Part shown: piece after piece, positions 55,599-64,000 of the stretch | How positions within the stretch are numbered: the first letter of the stretch is position 1 | Layout: every line of letters begins with the position of its first letter | Source: Alphaproteobacteria bacterium | Lineage (GTDB): Bacteria > Pseudomonadota > Alphaproteobacteria > UBA828 | Length of the DNA stretch: 64,000 nt | Direction: 5' to 3' | NCBI GenBank assembly: GCA_965214705.1 | Contig: OZ243972.1 | Span: 256,001 to 320,000 of the forward strand | Made by a program: the position numbers and the translations under genes | Notes under the pieces: model-generated | Database searches by the model: none | What the model was told of the DNA's origin: nothing | Seen by the model: the letters and a program-made list of their open reading frames with translations, nothing else

Positions 55599-56831
55599 AT
55601 GAAAAATCAGAACCCCGGAAAACGCATCGCCAGGGTCAGGACCCACCTGACCAAGCGCGCCGTCGAGGCGCTCGAGCCCGGCGAGAAGTCCTGGATCGCC
55701 TGGGACGACCGCCTCACCGGCTTCGGTGTCCGTGTCCAGCCCTCGGGCACCAAATCCTTCATCGTCAACTACCGCCCCGGCGACGGCGGGCGCAAGGCGC
55801 CCAACAAGCGCGTCGTCATCGGACGCTTTGGCCGCATGGCCCCCGACGAGGCCCGGCGCAAGGCCCAGGACCTGCTCGGGCGTGTCGCCCGGGGCGAAGA
55901 CCCGGCCGGCGAGCGGTCGGAGGCGCGCGGCGTGCCGACGCTGGCCGAGGCTTTCGAGACTTACATGAGGGCCAATCCAAACCGGGCGGTCAACACCGTC
56001 AGGCTCTACCGCCAGAACCTGAGGGTCAATCTCGGGGACTGGCTGAAGCGTCCCCTCGACGGCATCTCGCGGCAAGACGTGGAGGACCGGTTCAACTTCA
56101 TCACCCGCAAACATGGCTGGGCGGGGGCGAACCAGACGCTTTCGATGCTGCGTTCGATCTACCGCCGGCCCTGCGTCGACCACGAGGGGTTGCGCAATCC
56201 CGTGGAGTTGTGGCTCGCGGCCGGCGGCCGCTTCCACCGCATGCGGCGGCGGCGGATCTCCGGTCCGGTCGAGGTGCTGCCGCGCTGGCGCGCGGGAATT
56301 GACGCGGTCGACCTCGATCCCGCGATCCGCGACATCTTCCTGATCGGGCTCTACACGGGCATGCGCATGGGCGAGGTCGTGTCACTACGCTGGGAGAGGG
56401 TGGACCTTGAGCGGCGCATTCTCAGGGTCGAGGAGACCAAGACCGGGGAGCCTCTGGAGCTTCCGGTGACCCGGCAGCTCGCCGCGATCTTCGAGCGCCG
56501 CCGGGCGCACGGCGGCGAGCCAAGTTCGGAGGCGGAGGGCTGGCTCTTCCCGGCCCCCAGGAAGGCCGCGTCGGGCCATGTCTCGCACCTTTCGCAGTTC
56601 TACCCCGACATCACCAAGGCCGCCGGAACCCGTTTCTGGTTTCACGGGCTGCGCAACGCCTTCATCACGGTGGCCGAGCGCGAGCTGATGCTGCCGCGCT
56701 CGCTGACCAAGCGGCTGGTCAACCACGCCCGCCCCCCCGACGTGACCGAGGGCTACGCTGCGGACTGGACCGTCGAACAGCTTCGCGAACCGGCACAGCG
56801 CGTTGCGGATCGGATTGACGAACTGATCTGA
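55599..56831 (+). CDS. Tyrosine integrase with arm-binding domain, paralog of 9379
   Basis: 'TGMRMGEV', 'TKTG', 'HGLR', 'LVNHA', 'TEGY'. Confidence 0.9.
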   Translation: MKNQNPGKRIARVRTHLTKRAVEALEPGEKSWIAWDDRLTGFGVRVQPSGTKSFIVNYRPGDGGRKAPNKRVVIGRFGRMAPDEARRKAQDLLGRVARGEDPAGERSEARGVPTLAEAFETYMRANPNRAVNTVRLYRQNLRVNLGDWLKRPLDGISRQDVEDRFNFITRKHGWAGANQTLSMLRSIYRRPCVDHEGLRNPVELWLAAGGRFHRMRRRRISGPVEVLPRWRAGIDAVDLDPAIRDIFLIGLYTGMRMGEVVSLRWERVDLERRILRVEETKTGEPLELPVTRQLAAIFERRRAHGGEPSSEAEGWLFPAPRKAASGHVSHLSQFYPDITKAAGTRFWFHGLRNAFITVAERELMLPRSLTKRLVNHARPPDVTEGYAADWTVEQLREPAQRVADRIDELI

Positions 56832-57106
56832 ACGCGTCGTCAGCCGCCGCATGGGAGCGGATGGGATCGGCAAAGCACTGTATTCTCGACGTTCCTCCTC
56901 TTGGCGGGCACCCGCCTTTGGTGAGGGTCTGGCGAAGATCAGAAGGCAACTCGGCCGCTCGGGTGCTGGAATCACGCGGCTTGGTATGCGCGTCTCGGAG
57001 TCGATCCGCTAAAGTCTTCCACGAGCCGCACTGCCGATGTGGGGTCGGACAGGGGAAACAACCGTTGGGGCGGTGACCAGCAGATGGCGTCGTGACAAAC
57101 TTGCAT

Positions 57107-57122
57107 CGTACATATTTGTACG
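57107..57122. promoter_or_regulatory. Putative HicB operator palindrome
   Basis: CGTACA-TATT-TGTACG directly upstream of hicA, preceded by TTGCAT. Confidence 0.5.
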
Positions 57123-57128
57123 GTTACT

Positions 57129-57344
57129 ATGACCGGTGACGAGTTCGTTCGGCGCGTCCGTCGTGTCGGGCGCGAGCGCGATGTCGCGGTGCGCTTGGAG
57201 ACCCGCCCGGGCAAGGGAAGCCATGCACGGCTGTATTTTGGGGAGCGCTTTGCCACGATAAAGGACCGACGCAAGGAGATCGGCGCGGGGCTCTTGGCGG
57301 CAATGCTCCGGCAGCTCGGGCTCAACCACGAGGACTTGGGGTAA
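57129..57344 (+). CDS. hicA: HicA-family toxin
   Basis: 71 aa with 'GKGSH' motif and 'EIGAGLLAAMLRQLG'. Confidence 0.85.
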   Translation: MTGDEFVRRVRRVGRERDVAVRLETRPGKGSHARLYFGERFATIKDRRKEIGAGLLAAMLRQLGLNHEDLG

Positions 57345-57350
57345 CGGACG

Positions 57351-57797
57351 ATGAAGGAAGGTGGGATGACGCAAGGGCTAACTTGGCCCGCAGAACTGGA
57401 GCAGCAGGAGGATGGTTCGGTCCTGGTCTTCTTTCCGGACGTCCCGGAGGCGTTGACCGAAGGGGAGACGGAGGCGGAAGCGCTGGCGCAGGCCCAAGAC
57501 TGCCTTGTCGCCGCCCTTGGGGGATATGTAGGGGCGCGGCGCGCCATCCCCCGGCCGTCCCCGGCGCACGGGCGCGCCACGGTTCCGCTGCCGGCCCTCA
57601 CCGCCGCCAAGATTGCGCTCTACGGCGCGATGCGCACCCAAGGTGTCTGCAACACCGCGCTGGCTGAGCGGCTGGGCCTTTCCGAAGGGGCGGTGCGCCG
57701 GTTGATTGACCTCGACCACCGTTCGCACATCGGCCAGGTCGAAACGGCGCTGAATGTTCTGGGGCAGCGGCTCACGGTTGCGACCCGGGCGGCGTAG
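57351..57797 (+). CDS. hicB: HicB-family antitoxin with HTH
   Basis: 'VFFPDVPEALTEGETEAEAL' plus C-terminal HTH. Confidence 0.85.
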   Translation: MKEGGMTQGLTWPAELEQQEDGSVLVFFPDVPEALTEGETEAEALAQAQDCLVAALGGYVGARRAIPRPSPAHGRATVPLPALTAAKIALYGAMRTQGVCNTALAERLGLSEGAVRRLIDLDHRSHIGQVETALNVLGQRLTVATRAA

Positions 57798-57912
57798 AGT
57801 CTGCGTGATTAGGACAGCGAACCTGCGGGGAACGCACCCGTCCATGAGATGTGTGCATGGTGGATTTGGGAAAGGTGTCGATTCAATCGCACCGGGCAGC
57901 ATTCAAGAAGTC

Positions 57913-59073
57913 ATGAGATCGGTTTATCTCGACTATAACGGATCGACACCGCTTGATCCACGCGTGGCTGAAATCATGGTGCCGATTCTGATGGAGGGGA
58001 TCGGGAACGCATCGTCGATACACCGCTTCGGTCGCCAGCAGAGCGTTGCGGTCGATGAAGCCCGCGAACACGTTTGCGCCATGGTCGGGGGCCGCTCTGC
58101 CAACGTGGTGTTCACATCCGGCGCGACCGAGTCCAACAATCTGGCCCTCAGAGGGGCGGTGGAAGGCGCTCCTGTCGGCCGGCCCCGAATTCTGATTTCC
58201 GCAGTCGAACATGCATCGGTTCGACAGACTGCTCGGTGGCTCGAGGAGCGCGGAATGACGAACCTCGGGGTCATTCCCGTTACCCGAGGTGGCTTCGTCG
58301 ACCTTGATGCATTGGAATCTATAATCGGCACGGATGTGCTGCTGGTGTCGGTTATGGCGGCAAACAGCGAGACCGGTATACTGAATCCGGTGGAGAAGAT
58401 CGCCGAGCAGGCTCACGCCTTTGGCGCCCTGCTCCACTGCGATGCGACGCAGCTCGTAGGCCGATTGTCGTTCGATCTTGAACGGATCGGCGTTGACCTC
58501 GTATCGGTGAGCAGTCACAAGATATGTGGTCCGACCGGTGTCGGTGCACTCGTGGGCTCACGACGCGGCTTGCGGCGGCTGCAACCGATCATCCACGGTG
58601 GCGGGCACGAACACGGCTTGCGGTCGGGTTCGCTTAATGTTGCCGGCATCGCGGGTTTCGGCGCCGCCGCGCGGATAGCCACCGAAGAACGAACGCGTGA
58701 ATCGGCGCGAGTCGCGGAGGCGCGTGACCGATTGACCGCTGCGCTGAAGTCGCGGCTCACTGGTGTACACGAAGTCGGAGACGTCGCTCGGCGGCTCCCC
58801 AACACGGCCAACGTCCGATTTGAGGGTGCCGATGCGGAGGCAGTCGTAAGCAACATGGACCCTGTTGCCGTCTCGACAGGCAGTGCGTGCAGCTCTGGAT
58901 CGATTGAGCCCTCAGAGGTTCTACTCGCCATGGGCATCTCACGCGAATCAGCGTTCGAGACGGTCAGATTCAGTCTGGGCCGATTTACGACGACGGAAGA
59001 CATCAATCTCGCAGTGAATAAGACCGTCGACGCCGTGGAGCACGTTCGGAGCATGGCCAGGAGGAGTGCGTGA
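57913..59073 (+). CDS. sspA: IscS-like cysteine desulfurase (SspA/DndA role inferred from context)
   Basis: 'YLDYNGSTP', 'FTSGATESNN', 'SSHKICGP', 'STGSACSS'. Confidence 0.85.
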   Translation: MRSVYLDYNGSTPLDPRVAEIMVPILMEGIGNASSIHRFGRQQSVAVDEAREHVCAMVGGRSANVVFTSGATESNNLALRGAVEGAPVGRPRILISAVEHASVRQTARWLEERGMTNLGVIPVTRGGFVDLDALESIIGTDVLLVSVMAANSETGILNPVEKIAEQAHAFGALLHCDATQLVGRLSFDLERIGVDLVSVSSHKICGPTGVGALVGSRRGLRRLQPIIHGGGHEHGLRSGSLNVAGIAGFGAAARIATEERTRESARVAEARDRLTAALKSRLTGVHEVGDVARRLPNTANVRFEGADAEAVVSNMDPVAVSTGSACSSGSIEPSEVLLAMGISRESAFETVRFSLGRFTTTEDINLAVNKTVDAVEHVRSMARRSA

Positions 59074-60077
59074 TGCGTCCGCTCGACGCAGCCAAGCCGA
59101 TGTTCGCTCGGCACGAGACGTTTCATCCTCGCTATGGCTGGTTCAGGAAGGCCTACAGATTTGCAGCTGCAGATCCCCAAATCTTCAGCAGAGACGATGC
59201 ACCCGTGCGGATCGGGGTGGGCAAAAACATGGTCCGTGCGATTCGCTTTTGGGGGCTTGCTGCCAAGCTAATCGAGACGAAGGAGCGAACTTCCAACCTA
59301 CGGGTTTCCGAGTTGACTCCCACGTCCTTTGGCGAGGCGCTCTTCGGTAAGTCGGGGTGGGACCGATACATGGAGGATCCGGGGACACTTTGGCTCTTGC
59401 ACTGGTTGCTGCTGGCTCCTCCCTCGCTGTTGCCGGTGTGGTGGATTGCGTTCAACGACTTTCCCGCTGTGGAGTTCGACGACGACGATCTCGTGGCGGC
59501 AGTCACGACGCAGCTCGAGGCCATCGCGGAGTGGAATGTGCCCCATCCGTCGTCCGTGAAGAAGGATGTCGGCGCCATGCTGCGTACCTATGCACCGGCA
59601 GAGCGCGGCGGGCGCAACAGTATCGACGACATCCTGGATTGCCCGCTCCGCGAGCTGAACCTGATTGGCCGTTCGATCGGAACGAATCAATACCGGTTCG
59701 CGTTGGGAGCGAAGCCTAGCCTGCCGAGCGAGATCCTCGGTTATGCTGCCCTGGACTACTGTGTTCGTACTTCAACTGGAGGAAATACGGTCACGCTCGG
59801 TCGCCTTGCCCATGAGCCAGGCGCTCCTGGCAAGGTCTTCAAGTTGACCGAAGGCGAGTTTTATTCCGCAATCGAACCACTCGCGCGCGAAACGGATGCA
59901 ATTGCCCTGACGACGAGTACGGGAGGCGTTCAACTTTCCTGGTCAGGCAAGCCGAACGAAATCGCGACTGGGATTCTCGACCGGTACTATAGGTACTTCG
60001 TCTCTGACACCCGATCAGATCGTGCTGATCACGTCGACGCCCATTCGCCGCCGACCGTATCGGCGTTGGGGCCATAA
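59070..60077 (+). CDS. sspB: DUF4007-family protein (SspB-like)
   Basis: 'FARHETFHPRYGWFRK', 'GVGKNMVRAIRFW', 'TLWLLHW'. Confidence 0.85.
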   Translation: MMRPLDAAKPMFARHETFHPRYGWFRKAYRFAAADPQIFSRDDAPVRIGVGKNMVRAIRFWGLAAKLIETKERTSNLRVSELTPTSFGEALFGKSGWDRYMEDPGTLWLLHWLLLAPPSLLPVWWIAFNDFPAVEFDDDDLVAAVTTQLEAIAEWNVPHPSSVKKDVGAMLRTYAPAERGGRNSIDDILDCPLRELNLIGRSIGTNQYRFALGAKPSLPSEILGYAALDYCVRTSTGGNTVTLGRLAHEPGAPGKVFKLTEGEFYSAIEPLARETDAIALTTSTGGVQLSWSGKPNEIATGILDRYYRYFVSDTRSDRADHVDAHSPPTVSALGP

Positions 60078-63000
60078 ATGGCCGTGCTTGCCGACCATAT
60101 CTCGGTTCTCGACCGTTTCGCCCGTTCGACGAATCTGGAGCGGGACGTAGACCGGCTTGAACCGCTCGATGGATACATCGTCACTGCACGTGCATTGGAT
60201 GTTGTCGAGCGCGTCGCTGGTACTGCCGTAGCGGGCGCGGCTGGGGGCGCGTGGTCGCTGACGGGCCCCTATGGTTCGGGCAAATCCTCCCTCGCCCTGT
60301 TGCTCGACGGTGCGTTTGGTCCCGCCGGCCCGACGCGAACACGCGCCTTGAAGTTGATCGATGAAACGTCACCGGCAGTGGGGGAGTCCATTCGGTGTGC
60401 CCATGAACGTTACCGCACGATGGATTCCGGATTCCAGCGCGGTCTGATTACCGCTAGCCGAGAGCCGATCGGCGACACGTTGCTTCGGGCACTTCAATCC
60501 GCGGTCCTCCGGCGATACGGCAAGCTTTCATCATCCGAAAAATTGCCGGCGGCCAACACGCTCAGGCGAGGAATTGACGACGCGGTGGAAAACAACCCGC
60601 ACAGAACCGGGCCCTCTGCGGTCGAAATAGTCGAAATCGCACGGTGCTTGGCAGAGAATTCGCCGCTGCTTCTGATCATCGACGAATTCGGTAAGAACCT
60701 GGAAGCGATCGGAGACAGCTCTGAAGCCGATCCTTATCTGTTGCAAATGCTTGCCGAGGCGGGACAGGGCTCGGGATTGCCCATTTTTTTGCTGACCTTA
60801 CAGCATCTGTCATTCGAGAATCATCTGACTGGTGTTGCGGCTCCTCGACGCCGTGAGTGGGCGAAAGTGCAGGGTCGATTCGAAGACATTGCCTATGTTG
60901 ACTCGTCCCGACAGTCCCGCGCGCTGATTGGAACTGTCTTCGCAGTCAGCAACGAGAACTTGCGGAAGCGGATCACTCGCTGGGCCCGACCCCACGCAAG
61001 GGCGATGCGATCGCTCGGCATAGCCGAAATGGCGGATCCGGAGGTCGTGGCCTCATGCTATCCCCTGCATCCTCTGGCCGCCATGCTTCTGCCGGAGCTC
61101 TGCAATCGCTACGGACAGCACGAACGGACGTTGTTCTCGTTCCTGGCCGGGCCGCACTCGGCTGGCGTTGCGTCCTTCCTTGCGAGCACCAAGCTACCGA
61201 GCCGCGGGGCGCTTCCGTCCCTCGGACTCGGAACCGTCTACGACTATTTCGTCTCCGGCGATGCGCAGGTGGAAATTGCATCGGATCGTCTGCGCCGATG
61301 GAACGAGATTGCCCTTCGGCTCCGCGATCTCCACGGCCTCTCCCCGCGAGAGACCCGTTTGGCAAAAGCCATTGCTCTGCTGAATCTGGTATCGGTCGGC
61401 GGAACCGTTCGGGCGTCTTCCGAGGTCCTGTCTCTCGTTGATGCCGATTCGGCCAATCTATTGGTGCGTCTCGATGCAGCGGGAGTTGTCACCTACCGGG
61501 AGTTTGCCGACGAGTACCGGATCTGGCAGGGGACGGACGTTGATATTCGTCGCCTCATGGAGCTTGCACGGCGGAAGGCAGGGCGGCAGTCGCTCTCCGA
61601 AATTCTTTCCGGCCTGGATGTGCCCGCGCCGGTAGTGGCCGCGCGACACAGCGCGAAGCACGATGTTTTTCGGGTGTTCGCCAGACGCTATGCTGACAGT
61701 GGCGAAGATGTCGAACCTCTGGATGCATTCGCTCCCTGTGACGGCGAAGTGCTGCTCGTCGTCGGAGCGGATCGGAGATTGCCGAAACTGGTCAGTCCGA
61801 CGGCGGCTGCCAAGCCGACCGTGGCGGCAATTCCGGATGACTTGACCGCACTCGACAGAGCTGGCCGAGAAATCGCTGCGGTCACCGTTGTATTGAATGA
61901 TCCTGTCGTCGAGTCCGATTGGGTGGCTCGGTGCGAACTCGCTGAGCGACTGGCGGAGTCTCAGGCCGCTCTTCGAGATGCCATGACCGTCACGTTCGGC
62001 GCTGGCGCATGCCAATGGGTCCTTATTGACGATTCTGGGGTGAGGGAGTTGCGCGCAGGACGAGGCAGCGCGGCATTGTCGGAGGCAGCCGATTTCGCGT
62101 ATCCGTTCACTCCGGCGGTCGGCAACGAAATGCTAAACCGGACTGACCTCACCTCCCAGGGTGCCAAGGCCCGACGTCGCCTGCTCGAAGCCATGATCGA
62201 ACGCCGTTCCGAGGCAAATCTAGGGCTTGAGGGCTACGGCCCGGAAGTGGCCATGTATCGCGCATTCCTGGCCAGGACGGGGCTCCACCTCCGTGTCTCC
62301 AATGGCGAAACCTATGATTTTGGCACACCAACAGACACATCGGTGCTTCCTGCCTGGAAGGCGCTGGAACGCGAATTCGCACGCGCCAAGACACTTCGTG
62401 TCAACCTCAAGGACATCCATGCCGTCCTCCTCCTGCCGCCGTTCGGAATGAAAGCGGCGATTGTTCCGGTGTTCGTGACGGCGGCGCTGCTCGCATTCAG
62501 AGATGAAATCGCGATCTACGAGCACGGGACCTTCAAACCGCTGCTGACTCCCGATCTGTCAGAACGGATGGTCCGAAACCCTAGCCACTTCGAGATCAAG
62601 CACTTCGCGAATGCCGCCGGAGCCCGTCGGCAAGTTGTCGACGCACTGGCAGAACGCCTCGGGGGGGTGACGCGGTTCGGCAAGCACAGGGTGGGGAATG
62701 TCCTTTCCGTGGTAGGTCTTATGGTGCATCAGGTCAGGAACCTCGACGGTTACACGCGGCGTACCCGCAATTTGGGAGCCGCCGCGCGAATGGTGCGGGA
62801 TGCGATCGGGATGGCAGTTGAGCCAGACGAGTTGCTTTTCGATGCCCTCCCGAGTGCTTTGGGATTCCGGCCCGTGCCGACCGACACGAAGACATATGCG
62901 AAGGCTTGCGAGTACGCCGATGGCGTGGGTGTCGCGTTTGACGAGCTCGCTGGATGCCATGACGAACTTCTCGCCGATCTCTTTCAGTTTCTCCTCGACA

Positions 63001-63548
63001 CAAGTGCGGAAAGCAGCCGACTCGCAGTGACCGGACAGGCGGCTGCCCTCGATAACGAAGTTCTAAACCCGTCAGTTAGAGCGTTTGTCAGAACGTTGGC
63101 CAATGACAGAGTTGATACGGATGCCGACTGGATCAGCGCCGTCGCCACGGTCGTGGCCGGGAAGGCTCCAATGGAGTGGGACGACGACGACCTGTCTCGT
63201 TTTCGCGGCGAGCTCCCCTTGGAAATTGCCGCCTTTCAGCGCCTTGTCGCGCTCCACGCCGAGCGACGGGCCGACGGCGGAGGCCCCTTCGACGCGCTGC
63301 GAGTTACCATCACCCGCCCCGATGGTAGCGAGCATGTTGGCTTGGTCGACATCGACCGACGCGAACGTGGCGTCGTAGACAAGGCCATTGGTGAAGTGCT
63401 GAAGGAGTTGGGCGAGACCATTGGTTCGCCTCATCGAGTCCACAAGGCATTGCTCGCCGCGCTCGGTGATCGGATTCTGTCCGAGCAGGCCAGAAGGGAG
63501 GATGAAGCGGTTCTTGTCCTCCCGAAAAGGAAATCTCGAAATGGATGA
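60078..63548 (+). CDS. sspC: Large P-loop ATPase (SspC-like)
   Basis: 'RSTNLERD', 'GPYGSGKSS', 'IDEFGKNLE', 'EWAKVQGRF', 'YPLHP', 'GQHERTLFSFL'. Confidence 0.82.
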   Translation: MAVLADHISVLDRFARSTNLERDVDRLEPLDGYIVTARALDVVERVAGTAVAGAAGGAWSLTGPYGSGKSSLALLLDGAFGPAGPTRTRALKLIDETSPAVGESIRCAHERYRTMDSGFQRGLITASREPIGDTLLRALQSAVLRRYGKLSSSEKLPAANTLRRGIDDAVENNPHRTGPSAVEIVEIARCLAENSPLLLIIDEFGKNLEAIGDSSEADPYLLQMLAEAGQGSGLPIFLLTLQHLSFENHLTGVAAPRRREWAKVQGRFEDIAYVDSSRQSRALIGTVFAVSNENLRKRITRWARPHARAMRSLGIAEMADPEVVASCYPLHPLAAMLLPELCNRYGQHERTLFSFLAGPHSAGVASFLASTKLPSRGALPSLGLGTVYDYFVSGDAQVEIASDRLRRWNEIALRLRDLHGLSPRETRLAKAIALLNLVSVGGTVRASSEVLSLVDADSANLLVRLDAAGVVTYREFADEYRIWQGTDVDIRRLMELARRKAGRQSLSEILSGLDVPAPVVAARHSAKHDVFRVFARRYADSGEDVEPLDAFAPCDGEVLLVVGADRRLPKLVSPTAAAKPTVAAIPDDLTALDRAGREIAAVTVVLNDPVVESDWVARCELAERLAESQAALRDAMTVTFGAGACQWVLIDDSGVRELRAGRGSAALSEAADFAYPFTPAVGNEMLNRTDLTSQGAKARRRLLEAMIERRSEANLGLEGYGPEVAMYRAFLARTGLHLRVSNGETYDFGTPTDTSVLPAWKALEREFARAKTLRVNLKDIHAVLLLPPFGMKAAIVPVFVTAALLAFRDEIAIYEHGTFKPLLTPDLSERMVRNPSHFEIKHFANAAGARRQVVDALAERLGGVTRFGKHRVGNVLSVVGLMVHQVRNLDGYTRRTRNLGAAARMVRDAIGMAVEPDELLFDALPSALGFRPVPTDTKTYAKACEYADGVGVAFDELAGCHDELLADLFQFLLDTSAESSRLAVTGQAAALDNEVLNPSVRAFVRTLANDRVDTDADWISAVATVVAGKAPMEWDDDDLSRFRGELPLEIAAFQRLVALHAERRADGGGPFDALRVTITRPDGSEHVGLVDIDRRERGVVDKAIGEVLKELGETIGSPHRVHKALLAALGDRILSEQARREDEAVLVLPKRKSRNG

Positions 63549-64000
63549 TACGGTTCGCCACATCTGCGGTATCTCGGGAGGCAAGGACTCCAGCGCACTC
63601 GCCGTCTACCTGCGGGACAAGGTGCCAGGGATGGAGTATTTCTTCTGTGATACTGGCGCGGAACTTCCCGAGACGTATGAGTATCTGACCCGTCTCGAAG
63701 TGATTCTTGGCAAGCCAGTCATTCGACTGAACGCCCAGCGTGGCTTCGATCACTGGTTCGAGGTCTTTCGCGGGGCATTACCCTCTCCCCAGATGCGATG
63801 GTGTACCAAGAACATGAAGATCAAGCCGATCGAGGCGTGGATCGGCGACGCACTCGCTCTCTCCTATGTTGCGATCCGCGCCGACGAGTCGAATCGGAAG
63901 GGCTACATTTCTACGAAGCCAAATATCAGAACCCGCTTCCCTTTTATCGAGGACGGAATCGATCGCGATGGAGTAACCCAGATCCTCGAAGAAGCCGGTA
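63541..64000 (+). CDS. sspD: PAPS-reductase-family protein (SspD-like), partial; runs off the window
   Basis: Translated by hand: MDDTVRHICGISGGKDSSAL...CDTGAELPETY...RWCTKNMKIKP...IRADE (PP-loop SGGKDS). Confidence 0.85.
   Translation, partial: MDDTVRHICGISGGKDSSALAVYLRDKVPGMEYFFCDTGAELPETYEYLTRLEVILGKPVIRLNAQRGFDHWFEVFRGALPSPQMRWCTKNMKIKPIEAWIGDALALSYVAIRADESNRKGYISTKPNIRTRFPFIEDGIDRDGVTQILEEAG

Noticed and set aside
57913-59073. Housekeeping Fe-S cluster iscS
   Set aside because: No isc/suf neighbours; it is translationally coupled to the DUF4007-ATPase-PAPS reductase genes.
1-64000. CRISPR arrays, tRNA or rRNA genes
   Set aside because: No regularly spaced repeats or cloverleaf/rRNA signatures were seen by eye; tRNAscan and CRISPR finders were not run.

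Overview
This is a high-GC bacterial window. Bases 1-9.2 kb look like resident metabolic genes: a TPP enzyme, an F420-type LLM oxidoreductase, a two-subunit N,N-dimethylformamidase, a HigBA-type TA pair and an Fe3+ ABC transporter. From about 9.3 kb to the end it is a large mosaic accessory island with two intact and two remnant tyrosine integrases and several decayed copies of one mobile backbone (RecD2, HU, cold-shock-domain protein, small hypothetical, four-zinc-finger protein, ssb). Five insertions can be delimited to the base from target duplications or rejoined reading frames: (1) an IS4/Tn5-type IS whose transposase is fused to a DUF4338-like domain; (2) a 111-bp MITE; (3) an IS91-type HUH transposase plus tyrosine recombinase element with asymmetric inverted repeats and terminal hairpins, inserted in an HU gene; (4, 5) two IS66 elements nested inside element 3. 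Also present are an ORF-less group II intron remnant, histidine decarboxylase, a sugar ABC transporter, two Fic proteins, an exonuclease-RecQ-UvrD fusion and HicAB. The right end carries an sspABCD-like DNA phosphorothioation operon that runs off the window. No CRISPR array, tRNA or rRNA was seen. All family calls come from motif recognition by eye, not from database searches.
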